In this document: positions 1-9,336 of the stretch, piece by piece
Layout of the letters: each line of letters starts with the position of its first letter
How positions within the stretch are numbered: position 1 is the stretch's first letter
DNA from: an uncultured Gemmatimonadaceae bacterium
GTDB lineage: Bacteria > Gemmatimonadota > Gemmatimonadetes > Gemmatimonadales > Gemmatimonadaceae
DNA length: 64,000 bases
NCBI GenBank assembly: GCA_963781585.1
Contig: CAWAGQ010000013.1
Span: 448,001 to 512,000 of the forward strand
Direction: 5' to 3'
The notes under the pieces: generated by a model
Databases searched by the model: none
Seen by the model: the letters and a program-made list of their open reading frames with translations, nothing else
Told to the model about the DNA's origin: nothing
Made by a program: the position numbers and the translations under genes

Positions 1-137
1 TTACCAGACGGCCCCATGCCGCCGGATTCGCCACGGCGTAGATTAGCGCCACTACGACCACCGCGCGGCGATGACATGCGAAGGCGCGTCCTCGCCGTGG
101 CCCACGCAGGCCCGTGTCGTTCCCGAGGAGCAATCTC

Positions 138-3100
138 ATGAATCGGCCGCGGTCACCGATGCGCATCGTGAGCCTGGCTGCCACGTTAGGCATGCTGTCG
201 TCGGGCGCGCGTGAGGTGTCCGGGCGGGGCCTCGGCGCCAGCCGGGTGCAGTCAGGCGCCACCGTCGACGTCACCATCCACGAGGGGACGTCGATGGCGG
301 TGGCCGCGTCGCCCGACGGACGCACCCTGGTCGTCGATCTCCAGGGGAGCCTGTACACACTGCCGGCTACCGGGGGCACGGCGACCCGCATCACCGACCT
401 GTTCAACGATGCGCGCCAGCCAGCCTGGTCGCCCGACGGACGGTGGATCGCCTTCCAGGGATATCGTGACGGCGGCTACGACGTCTGGGTCGTTGCCCCG
501 GACGGATCGGGACAGCACCAGTTGACGTGGGGTCCGTACGACGACCGTGAGCCCGTCTGGTCGCACGACGGCTCGCGCGTGGCCTTCTCGTCCGACCGCG
601 GTGGCAACTACGACATCTGGGTCCTGGACACGCGGACCGGCGAGATCCGCCAGGTCACCCGCGATCCGGCCGAAGACTACATGCCCACCTGGGCGCCGCA
701 CGACGACGAGATCGCGTTCATCTCCACCCGCGGAGGCGGTGCGGGTGTGTGGGCCGTGCGCCTGACCGACGAGTCCGAACGCCGACTCTCGGCGCCGGGT
801 GTGCGCGCCGACGCACCGTCGTGGGGCCCCGGCGGACAGATCGTCTTTCACGCCACCACCGCCGGTGCCAGTCAGTACGAGATCGACAGTACCGCGATCA
901 CCGGCGACGAGAACGTCTTCCCGTTCCGCGCCAGCTGGCTGTCGCCGACGGAATTCGTCTACGTCTCCGATGGAAAGATCCGGCGCCGCACGCTGGGTGT
1001 CGCCGCGGCGCAGACCATCGAGTTCTCGGCCACGCTGCAGGTCACCCGCGCCGGGTACCAGCACCGCAAGCGCGACTTCGACAGCCGCGCGCCGCGCCGG
1101 GTGGTGGGCATCAACACGCCGGCCATCTCGCCCGACGGCAGGCAGGTGGCGTTCACCGCACTCCACGATCTTTACGTGATGCCGGTAGGCGGCACGCCGG
1201 TGAACCTCACCAACGACCGCTTTCTCGACGCCGATCCGGCATGGTCGCCCGACGGCTCCCGGCTGGCGTGGTCCACCGATCGCGGCGGCCAGCTGCAGGA
1301 CCTCTGGATTCGCGACATGAAGACCGGCCGGGAGCGCCGCCTCACGAGTCTCCCGACTTCGGCACTGAAAGCGGCGTGGTCGCGCGACGGCAAACGCATT
1401 GCGTTCAGCGACGTGGACGCCATGTGGCGGCGCGCGACCGTGTCGGTGGTGGACGTGGCCTCCGGCAGGGTGACCCGGTTGCACGACGCCCTCTTCGCGC
1501 CGGGGACGGCGACCTGGTCGCCGAACGACCGGCGGGTGGCGATGACGTCGTTGATCCCGTTCTCGACCCGGTTCCGTGAGGGGACCAATCAGATCCTCAC
1601 CATGAACCCTGACAGCGCCGGCGACGAGCAGTGGTTCACGCCGGTGCCGAATCTGTCGATCGATTCGCGGGTGGGCGCCGGACCGGCGTGGTCTCCCGAC
1701 GGCACGAAGATGGCCATCGTGTACCAGGGCCTCCTCTCCGTGATCCCCGTGTCGTCCGCCGGCGAGCCGCTCGGCCCTCCCCGGCGCCTGACGAGTGAGA
1801 TGGCGTACGCGCCGACCTGGACCGGGGACTCGAAGCACATCCTGTACCAGTCGCTCGACCGGCTGCGGTTGGTGGACGTCGAGACCGGGCGGATTGCCGA
1901 CGTCCCGGTCGATCTCACCTACTCGGTGGACGTCCCCTCCGACCAATACGTGGTGCACGCCGGACGGCTGGTGGACGGCAAGAGCCCCACCGCGCGTTCC
2001 AACGTGGACATCGTCATCGCGGGGAATCGCATCCGCAGCGTCGCGCCCCATGGCGCGGCGGCTCACGCCGGCATGCGGGTCGTGGACGCGTCGAACTACA
2101 CGGTGATGCCGGGACTGGTCGAATACCACTCGCACCTGCAGCCGGACCTGGGCGAGGCCGGACTGCGCGCCTGGCTCGCGTTCGGCATCACCACCGTGCG
2201 CAGTCCGGGCGGCATGCCGTACGAGGCCGCCGAGTTTCGGGAGGCCAGTGACGCCGGCAGGCAGTGGGGACCGAGGGTCTTTTCCACGGGCTATCTGCTC
2301 GAATGGCAGCGCGTCTACTATCCCATGGCGGTGCCGGTCTCCAGTGTGGCGCAGCTCGAGATGGAGTTGCAGCGCGAGAAGGTGCTGCAGCTCGACCTCA
2401 TCAAGAGCTACGTCCGGATGCCCGATCTGCAGCAGCGACGGATCGTCGAATTCGCGCACAGCATCGGCGTTCCGACCTCGAGCCACGAGATCTACCCGGC
2501 GGCCTTCGACGGCAGTGACGGCACCGAGCACATCACGGGCACGAGCCGCCGCGGCTATTCGCCCAAGATCGCCACCTTGCAACGCAGCTACGACGACATC
2601 GCCCAGCTGTGGGGGGCAGCCCGGATGACCGTCTGTCCCACGCTCGCACTGGGCGGGGCGACGCTGCGTGCAATCGTGGCCGCCGACTCCACGCTCCGGA
2701 CCGATCCGCGGATGCGGCTCTACGCCGTCTGGAATCGCGCGTCGGTGACGGGGGAGACCGGGGGCGGGCGCGGCGAGGGCGGCTTCGGCGGCGTCGCGGG
2801 ACGAGGAGGCCGGGGACGCGGACAGGGGGGTGCGGCCGGCGCGGCGGGGCGATCAGGTGGAGGAGGAGCGCGAGGAACGGGACGTGGCAGTGCGTCCGAT
2901 TTCGACGGCCCGGGCGACCTCATCATGCGGGCGATGCGGGCCGGCACGCGCATCGTCGCCGGTACCGATACGCCCGATGCACTGAATCTGCACGCCGAGA
3001 TCGCGGCCTATGTCGCGGCGGGCATGACGCCGTTCCAGGCGCTGCAGACCGCCACGGTGAATCCCGCGGCGGCGCTGAACCTCGATGCCGGGAGCATCGA

Positions 3101-3236
3101 AGCGGGAACGCTGGCCGACCTGGTCGTGGTCGACGGCAACCCGCTGGTGGACATCAACGCCACCCGCCGGGTGAAGCAGGTAATCGTCAACGGGCGCCTG
3201 TACGACCTCGCCGAACTCCTTCGGGGGTCACGTTAG
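138..3236 (+). CDS. Secreted amidohydrolase-family protein with N-terminal PD40/TolB-like beta-propeller repeats
   Basis: Repeated 'PAWSPDG' motifs, then 'VMPGLVEYHSH', 'AGTD' and 'GSIEAGTLADLVVVDGNPL'. ATG 138 has GAGGAG 7 nt upstream. Confidence 0.85.
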   Translation: MNRPRSPMRIVSLAATLGMLSSGAREVSGRGLGASRVQSGATVDVTIHEGTSMAVAASPDGRTLVVDLQGSLYTLPATGGTATRITDLFNDARQPAWSPDGRWIAFQGYRDGGYDVWVVAPDGSGQHQLTWGPYDDREPVWSHDGSRVAFSSDRGGNYDIWVLDTRTGEIRQVTRDPAEDYMPTWAPHDDEIAFISTRGGGAGVWAVRLTDESERRLSAPGVRADAPSWGPGGQIVFHATTAGASQYEIDSTAITGDENVFPFRASWLSPTEFVYVSDGKIRRRTLGVAAAQTIEFSATLQVTRAGYQHRKRDFDSRAPRRVVGINTPAISPDGRQVAFTALHDLYVMPVGGTPVNLTNDRFLDADPAWSPDGSRLAWSTDRGGQLQDLWIRDMKTGRERRLTSLPTSALKAAWSRDGKRIAFSDVDAMWRRATVSVVDVASGRVTRLHDALFAPGTATWSPNDRRVAMTSLIPFSTRFREGTNQILTMNPDSAGDEQWFTPVPNLSIDSRVGAGPAWSPDGTKMAIVYQGLLSVIPVSSAGEPLGPPRRLTSEMAYAPTWTGDSKHILYQSLDRLRLVDVETGRIADVPVDLTYSVDVPSDQYVVHAGRLVDGKSPTARSNVDIVIAGNRIRSVAPHGAAAHAGMRVVDASNYTVMPGLVEYHSHLQPDLGEAGLRAWLAFGITTVRSPGGMPYEAAEFREASDAGRQWGPRVFSTGYLLEWQRVYYPMAVPVSSVAQLEMELQREKVLQLDLIKSYVRMPDLQQRRIVEFAHSIGVPTSSHEIYPAAFDGSDGTEHITGTSRRGYSPKIATLQRSYDDIAQLWGAARMTVCPTLALGGATLRAIVAADSTLRTDPRMRLYAVWNRASVTGETGGGRGEGGFGGVAGRGGRGRGQGGAAGAAGRSGGGGARGTGRGSASDFDGPGDLIMRAMRAGTRIVAGTDTPDALNLHAEIAAYVAAGMTPFQALQTATVNPAAALNLDAGSIEAGTLADLVVVDGNPLVDINATRRVKQVIVNGRLYDLAELLRGSR

Positions 3237-3401
3237 GCTGCCGGGCGGACCTCGTGTCCAATCGCGATGCGGCGGGCGGGTGCGAGGAGTTTGCGGACCA
3301 GATCGAGCGTCTCCGTCACCTGTCCAGGCTGCCGGGTTGGACGCCAGAGGCGGGAAAAGGATTGGCCGTCCGTCCGCTGGACGCGCGACCATCGCCGCGG
3401 T

Positions 3402-4469
3402 TCAGGGAACCATCACCGCTCGCCTGAGCAGCCCGCCATGGTGTGCCAGGTCGAACACCTCGTTGATCCGCTCGAGCGGATGCCGCTCGACGTACGGCTT
3501 CACCCGGATACGGCCCGCCAGAATCCACTCGAGGATCTCCGCGTAGAGCAGGGGATCGGCACCCCAGTTCCCCCGCGCCTCGGCGTCGTAGGCCATCAGG
3601 TTCGACAGGCAGATCTCGATGCGGTCCATGGTATAGCCAACGACCGCCAGCGCGGCGCCGAATCCAATGAGTCCGAACGCGGTTTCCTGCCCGGCGCGCG
3701 TGCCAGACGTCTCGAAGATCTTCCACAGGAAGGGCGGGGCATCGAGGGAGTCGGCCGCGCTTCGCACCTGCTTCCGAATGTCCCTGGGGGCGACGCCGGC
3801 CACGTCGAGCGCGACGCCGGCGCCGGCGCCGCGGGCCTGCTCCAGCTTCCGCTTGTCCACGTCCAGCGCGATGACCTTGGCCCCTGAGGCGACCGCGATC
3901 TGCACACCATGCACGCCGATTCCTCCGGCGCCGATGAACACGGCGAGGTCGCCGGCGGAAAGGCCTGAGCGCTTGACCGCCTGGAACGGTGTCGAGACCG
4001 CATCGGAGACGACCGCCAGCTCCCACAGCTCGTGGGTGGCGAGCAACTCGTCAGGCACGGGACAGAGAAAGCGCGCCGGCACCACCACATGCGACTGGTA
4101 CCCTCCGTGGCGGTCATTCCCCGGCATCACCTGACTTCGGCAGATCGTGCGTCGTCCGGCCCGGCACAGCGCGCACTCGCCGCACGGCAGCACGGCCGGC
4201 ACGATGACGGCCCGTCCGACCAGCCGCGCATCGATGCCAGGACCCACGTTGTGGACGTATCCGCTGATCTCGTGTCCCAGCACCAGCGGCAGCGTGCCCC
4301 GCGTCTTGACGCCATGATGGAGAAACGACAGGTCGGTGTGGCAGACGCCGCACCCCGACACCTGGACCACCGCCTCGCCCGGCCCGGGCGCCTGCGGTTC
4401 GAGCGCACGGCGCTCGAACGGTGCCCCGGGTGCCGTCATCAGCCATGCGTCCCACGTGGCTTCGGCCAT
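3402..4469 (-). CDS. had: 6-hydroxycyclohex-1-ene-1-carbonyl-CoA dehydrogenase (Zn-dependent MDR)
   Basis: 'CGVCHTDL', 'LGHEISG', 'PCGECALC...C', 'GNWG' motifs; last gene of the bcr operon; start ATG 4469 with GAGGAG RBS. Confidence 0.85.
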   Translation of the reverse strand: MAEATWDAWLMTAPGAPFERRALEPQAPGPGEAVVQVSGCGVCHTDLSFLHHGVKTRGTLPLVLGHEISGYVHNVGPGIDARLVGRAVIVPAVLPCGECALCRAGRRTICRSQVMPGNDRHGGYQSHVVVPARFLCPVPDELLATHELWELAVVSDAVSTPFQAVKRSGLSAGDLAVFIGAGGIGVHGVQIAVASGAKVIALDVDKRKLEQARGAGAGVALDVAGVAPRDIRKQVRSAADSLDAPPFLWKIFETSGTRAGQETAFGLIGFGAALAVVGYTMDRIEICLSNLMAYDAEARGNWGADPLLYAEILEWILAGRIRVKPYVERHPLERINEVFDLAHHGGLLRRAVMVP

Positions 4470-4486
4470 CGCCGTCTGGACTCCTC

Positions 4487-6388
4487 TCAGGACTCCGTGG
4501 TGTTGATGACGACCGTGTCGTCGCCGAATATGAAGCTTCCGCACTCGTGGCATCGATCGAGGGTACGATCCGCCCCCGCAAAACAGCGCCGGTCGTCAGG
4601 CGCCAGCCGCATCACCTTCCGCAGGAAGCGGCAGTCGCAGTCACCGCTGGGCTCGTAGACCGCGTCCAGGTACGACCCGGCGTCTTCCAGCACATTGCGC
4701 ACCCGGACCTTGAGCGACGGCGTGAGCTCCTGCTCGTCGATCGAGAGCTCCTTGCTGATCACCGCGAAGGCCTGGATGCGCTCGTACTTCACGGGATGCT
4801 CCCGATTGAAGGCGAGGATCGTCGCCCGCAACGAGTCCCGCACGACGCGCTCGGCGCGCGCCCGGTCGTCGCCGAACTCTTCGCCGATCCGGAAGAAGTC
4901 CGGGAAGATCAGGGCCGCGAGAAAGTCCCTTCCGCCGCCGGTCACGATGACGTGGCGGATGTACGAGTTCATCCCGGCAAGCCGGTTCTCGATGCCCGTC
5001 GGCACCACCTTCTCCGCGTTCAGCATCTTGAACACGCGATCCTTCCGCGCGACCAGCTTGAGTCCGGCGCCTGCCAGCTCGCCCAGGTCGCCGGTGTGAA
5101 ACCATCCGTCGCCGGGCAGCGCCGCGGCGGTTGCCGCCGGATTCCGGAAGTAACCGCGCATGACGTTAGGCCCCTGCACCAGGATCTCGCCGTCTTCGGC
5201 AATCCGGACCCGTACCCCCGGGATGGGATACCCGACCATGCCCGGAACCGTACGGGGCTCGCCGAGATCCGTGAGCGTGCAGCACGGCGATGTCTCCGTG
5301 AGCCCCCAGCCCTCGAGTACCGGGATGCGCCGCCCGGCGAAGAAGCCGGAGACATTTGCCGGTAGCGGCGCGGCGGCCGTGAAAACGAAACGCAACCCGG
5401 GGTGGAAGATCCGCGCCTCCTGCTCGGGGTGCGCCTGCGCGTACGCAACCAGTTGCTGGTAGACCTTCGGAACGCTGAAGTAGATCGTGGGCCGCACCTC
5501 GAGCCACTGATCCAGCAGCCGCTCGAAGTTCTTGCCGAGCGACTGGTCGATGTGCAGTGCGGCGCCGCTGTACAGCGCACCGTATTTCTCGAAGATGCCG
5601 CCGAAACTGTGGTGCCAGGGGAGGTACGACAGGAACCGGTCGTCGGGAGTGACCGACCAGATGGCGGACAGGGCACGCTGCTGCGAGAGAATGTTGTCGT
5701 GGGTGAGCAGCACGCCCTTGAGCGGACCGCTGGTGCCTGACGTGTACATCATCAGGCTCGCCGTCGCCGGGTCGACGTTGGCGGCGTCGTCGAGGAAAGC
5801 GGTCAGGCGCTGCGGATCGTGTTCCGGCACTGCGAAGTCATGAAGGACGGCTCCGAACGTGGTGGGCTCCGAGCGCCTTCCGCGGTGCCGGCCCGCACCG
5901 GTACCTGACACCACGCCGTCGAACACGACGACCGCGCGCACGTGGTCGGGCACGCCGATACGAAGGAGATGATCGGGAGTCGCGACGATGAGCACCGTTG
6001 GTTCGGCATGCTCCACTAGTGCGCGCGCCTGCTCGGCCGGATAGCCGGTAAAGATGGGGACGTAGATCGCGCCAAGGCACATCGTCGCCATCTCCGCCAC
6101 CAGCATCTCGCCTCGATTTGGCGACAGCAGCACCACCCGGTCGCCCATCCGCACCCCGGACGAGGCGAGAAACGTGCCGAACGCGGCAACGTCCCGTGCG
6201 AACTGATGCCAGGTCGTCGCGCGGAACGCACCGTCGTGTCGTTCGGCGAACGCGGTTCGCCCGTCCAGTGCTGCCACGTTGCGCGCCAGCATCGCACCGA
6301 CGGATTCCGGTTCGCCCAGCGGGGCGAGGCGCGAGAAGATCACGTCGCCCTCGCGCGCGGCGGCCCGGGAGGAGCCTCCGTCAGTCAT
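4487..6388 (-). CDS. AMP-forming acyl-CoA synthetase (long-chain ligase-like) with Cys-rich C-terminal extension
   Basis: 'YTSGTSG.LKG', 'EGWGLTET', 'GWFHTGDLG', 'ELTPSLK' motifs; start approximate (6388/6394/6406). Confidence 0.8.
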   Translation of the reverse strand: MTDGGSSRAAAREGDVIFSRLAPLGEPESVGAMLARNVAALDGRTAFAERHDGAFRATTWHQFARDVAAFGTFLASSGVRMGDRVVLLSPNRGEMLVAEMATMCLGAIYVPIFTGYPAEQARALVEHAEPTVLIVATPDHLLRIGVPDHVRAVVVFDGVVSGTGAGRHRGRRSEPTTFGAVLHDFAVPEHDPQRLTAFLDDAANVDPATASLMMYTSGTSGPLKGVLLTHDNILSQQRALSAIWSVTPDDRFLSYLPWHHSFGGIFEKYGALYSGAALHIDQSLGKNFERLLDQWLEVRPTIYFSVPKVYQQLVAYAQAHPEQEARIFHPGLRFVFTAAAPLPANVSGFFAGRRIPVLEGWGLTETSPCCTLTDLGEPRTVPGMVGYPIPGVRVRIAEDGEILVQGPNVMRGYFRNPAATAAALPGDGWFHTGDLGELAGAGLKLVARKDRVFKMLNAEKVVPTGIENRLAGMNSYIRHVIVTGGGRDFLAALIFPDFFRIGEEFGDDRARAERVVRDSLRATILAFNREHPVKYERIQAFAVISKELSIDEQELTPSLKVRVRNVLEDAGSYLDAVYEPSGDCDCRFLRKVMRLAPDDRRCFAGADRTLDRCHECGSFIFGDDTVVINTTES

Positions 6389-7223
6389 CGCCATCGTCCT
6401 TGCCATGGCGCGCGAGGGCAGCCTCACGAGTCGCGCCATCCGGGCCCACCGATACCGCGCCCTCGCGCGCGGCCAGTGCCGCGCCGAACGCGCCCATCTC
6501 CTGGGGATGTGGCGGGACGACGACTTCGCAGCGAAGCTCAGACGACAGCAGCGCGACCATGGTCGGATGAAACGCCACCACGCCGCCGGTGGCGACGACC
6601 TGCCCGTGAAAGACATCCATGGCTATCACCCGCTTCACCAGCGAGCGGTAGGCGGCCATTGCCAGGTCGGCCGGCCGGTTCCCGCTGCGAATGAGCGCCA
6701 GCAACTCGGTGCCGGCGAATACGGTGCAGAAGCTCGACAGCTCGAGCGCGTTGGAGGCCTGCTTCGCGAGAGCGTCCATCTCCTCCACGCGGATTCCGAG
6801 TCGAAGCGCGATCTCGTCGAGAAAGCTTCCGGTGCCGGCGGCACACTTGCGGTTCATGCGGTGCGACACGCGTTGCCCGGCGGCGTCGAACCGGATCACC
6901 TTGGCGTCCTGTCCGCCGATATCGATGACCGTCGCCGGACCGGGGATATAGAACGCAGCGCCGCGGCCGTGGCAGTCCAGCTCGGTGCGCGAGCCGTGGG
7001 CGAATGTCACCGCCTGACGCCCGAATCCCGTCGCCCAGATCGCGCGCACCTGGCCGGCCTCACACCCCGCGTCGGCCAGCGCGTTGGCGTAGACCCGCTC
7101 GGCGGCCGCGGCCAGATCTGCACCCGAGCGCACCACCGACATCCCGAGCACCCGCGCGCCGGCGTCGATGATGACCGCCTTCGTGTTCCACGAGCCGCTG
7201 TCGATGCCGGCGTAGAGCGTCAT
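6381..7223 (-). CDS. 2-hydroxyacyl-CoA dehydratase activase (ASKHA ATPase, HgdC/FldI/BcrAD family), canonical copy
   Basis: 'GIDSGS..TKA', 'ATGFGR', 'DIGGQDAK', 'KCAAGTGSFL', 'CTVFA', 'GAFGAAL'. Confidence 0.88.
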   Translation of the reverse strand: MTLYAGIDSGSWNTKAVIIDAGARVLGMSVVRSGADLAAAAERVYANALADAGCEAGQVRAIWATGFGRQAVTFAHGSRTELDCHGRGAAFYIPGPATVIDIGGQDAKVIRFDAAGQRVSHRMNRKCAAGTGSFLDEIALRLGIRVEEMDALAKQASNALELSSFCTVFAGTELLALIRSGNRPADLAMAAYRSLVKRVIAMDVFHGQVVATGGVVAFHPTMVALLSSELRCEVVVPPHPQEMGAFGAALAAREGAVSVGPDGATREAALARHGKDDGDD

Positions 7224-8512
7224 CGTCCTCCCGCCTGACGACTGGCCGAGCGCGCGTCCGCCAGCTGCTCGACGAATCCTTCGATGTTGGTGCGCGCCTG
7301 CTCGTCCGAGAAGCAGCGCAGGTCGTTCACGTCGCCGTCGACCACCAGCGCCGGAATCTGCAGACGTTCGGACAGCCGGCGCGGCATGCCGTAGCGTGTG
7401 TTCGTGTTGTTGGGGCAGGTGCGGCAGTCATGGAAGACAAGTCCGTCCACGCCGTAGTCCTCGATCATCCGTTCGATGTATCGCTCCTTTGCCGCCTCGG
7501 AGCGCACGATGAACAGCTCGAGCGATGCGCGCGCCATCGAGCGAATCGGGTCGGCCGCGTCGAGGGCGGAGAAGATCCAGCTGTTGCAGTAGGTGGAGGA
7601 GACCACCGCCGCGCGAAATTCGCCGAACAACGTCGACAGCGCGCGCAGTCGGCCCCAGATGGGCATCCCGTCCCAGTACAGGCGGAACGATTCTCCGGCG
7701 ACCGCGGCGATGCCGTCGTGGGCACGCTCCTCGAGTTCGCGCCTGAGGACCCGATAGTACGCACAGGCCTCCGGTGCGCCGCGCAGCACCACCGCCGGTC
7801 CCATGTGCACGGTGCCGTCGAAAAACGTCAGCGGCGCGGGCTGGTGCGCGGCAGTCCGCAGACACGCCTCCCAGAGATCCGAGCACTCGCGTGAACAGGA
7901 GACGGCGGACGCGAGGGACGCGTCATCGAGCCGTCTTCCGGCGACGGACTCGAGCGTCGGCACGAGCTGCTCCAGCTGTCGCGCGATCGCGTCGGTGTCG
8001 CCCTCCGACACCTCGTCGATACTCCGCGGCGAGTGGACGCCGACGACCGGGACGCTCCACTCTCTTCCGTACCACCCGAACCAGTCGGACACGTCGCGGC
8101 ATTGATTCGTGCTGAAGACCAGCACGTCCGCGCGCGGCACGCGGTGCAGCCCGTAGGCCGCGAGCGGCGTCTCGCCGGCGAGATATGCCCCGATGTCGCT
8201 GGTGAGGTACGAGCAGATCTCCGGTGAATACCCCTGTGCGTGCGCCAGCGGCAGGTACCGGCCGGCGCTCCGCGCCGTGCCCAGCATGGCGGCGTGGTTC
8301 TCGGGGAAGAAGACGCGGAAGCCAAGTGCGCGCAGCAGCTCGGCGGGTCCGACACTCGTGCACCACGCTACCGGCGACAGGTTGCGCTCGCTCTCGGCGA
8401 ACGAACGGTAGTACGCGCCCATCGTGTCGCGCAGGGCGCTTGTGCTGCGGATCTCCCTCCCGTTCGGGCCTGCCGCCCCCACGCCATCACCTCGTGCCCG
8501 GGTATCGCTCAT
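7220..8512 (-). CDS. 2-hydroxyacyl-CoA dehydratase family subunit (HgdA/FldB-like) with three Fe-S Cys
   Basis: 'FPENHAA', 'EICSY', 'NQC', 'HDCRTC', 'DGD..D.R' motifs; ATG 8512 overlaps upstream stop (ATGA). Confidence 0.85.
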   Translation of the reverse strand: MSDTRARGDGVGAAGPNGREIRSTSALRDTMGAYYRSFAESERNLSPVAWCTSVGPAELLRALGFRVFFPENHAAMLGTARSAGRYLPLAHAQGYSPEICSYLTSDIGAYLAGETPLAAYGLHRVPRADVLVFSTNQCRDVSDWFGWYGREWSVPVVGVHSPRSIDEVSEGDTDAIARQLEQLVPTLESVAGRRLDDASLASAVSCSRECSDLWEACLRTAAHQPAPLTFFDGTVHMGPAVVLRGAPEACAYYRVLRRELEERAHDGIAAVAGESFRLYWDGMPIWGRLRALSTLFGEFRAAVVSSTYCNSWIFSALDAADPIRSMARASLELFIVRSEAAKERYIERMIEDYGVDGLVFHDCRTCPNNTNTRYGMPRRLSERLQIPALVVDGDVNDLRCFSDEQARTNIEGFVEQLADARSASRQAGGR

Positions 8513-9336
8513 TGTACCGTTCCCGCGGCGACAGGGTGTTCGACGGTCTGCGGCAGTGGTCGCGCGGCCATTATCGCGGCGCCCAGGGCTCCTGTGAAGA
8601 TCGGTTCCGGCACTGCCTTGACGGTCATGCCGGTGAGCGACTCCAGCGCGCGGAGCACGCCAGGGAAGTACTCGGCCACGCCGCCGCACACCACGATGGG
8701 ATCCTGGAACCCGCCGATCTCGAGGACCCGCTCCGCGATCGAGTGCATGCAGCCGAACGCCACCTCCTCGCGGGTCGCGCCGTCGCGGAGCCGCTCGAGC
8801 ACGTCGGAGGCGGAGAACACCGAACAGTAGCTGCTCACCTGGGCGGGTCGCTCAGCGGCCGCGGCCAGCTCCTGAAGCCGGAGGGCGCTCACGTCCAGGT
8901 GCCGCGCGGTGAACATGAGGAAACTCCCCACGCCAAGCGCACAGCGGCGAACGCCCCGGGCCTCCAGCTGGTGTCCATCCGCGCTCACCTGGATCACGCG
9001 CGGGTCGCGCCCTCCGATGTTCACCAGCGTCATGGGTTCGCGCAGATGGTGGAATGCTCCCAGGGCGTGGCACGCCGTCTCCGATGCGGTGAGGGTTGCG
9101 TGCGGCACGCAGTTCATGGCGAACCCGGTGGCCCCGACGCCGACGAGGTCGTCCTCGCGCCGCTGCGCGTCGTCGAGCGCGGCCATCAGCACTTCGTAGA
9201 TGCAGGCCTGGAAGTAGCCGCGCGTGGGCAGCACCGCCCGCCCGAGCACACGCCCGTCCTCACTGGCCACCAGCGCCTTCACGCATTCGGTCCCCGCGTC
9301 CACGCCCGCGGCGATCCTCGGTTCAGCCGGTTGCAT
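8509..9336 (-). CDS. Second dehydratase activase, degenerate ATP-binding motifs, both Fe-S Cys retained
   Basis: 'GVDAGTECVKA', 'NIGGRDPR', 'RCALGVGSFL', 'YCSVFS', 'GALGAA'. Confidence 0.8.
   Translation of the reverse strand: MQPAEPRIAAGVDAGTECVKALVASEDGRVLGRAVLPTRGYFQACIYEVLMAALDDAQRREDDLVGVGATGFAMNCVPHATLTASETACHALGAFHHLREPMTLVNIGGRDPRVIQVSADGHQLEARGVRRCALGVGSFLMFTARHLDVSALRLQELAAAAERPAQVSSYCSVFSASDVLERLRDGATREEVAFGCMHSIAERVLEIGGFQDPIVVCGGVAEYFPGVLRALESLTGMTVKAVPEPIFTGALGAAIMAARPLPQTVEHPVAAGTVQ

Noticed and set aside
6381..9336. Calling the second dehydratase/activase set bzdNOPQ or a duplicate bcr
   Set aside because: Lacks Bcr-specific motifs, has two alpha-like subunits (one without cluster Cys) and a PanE fusion; cannot be assigned without phylogeny.
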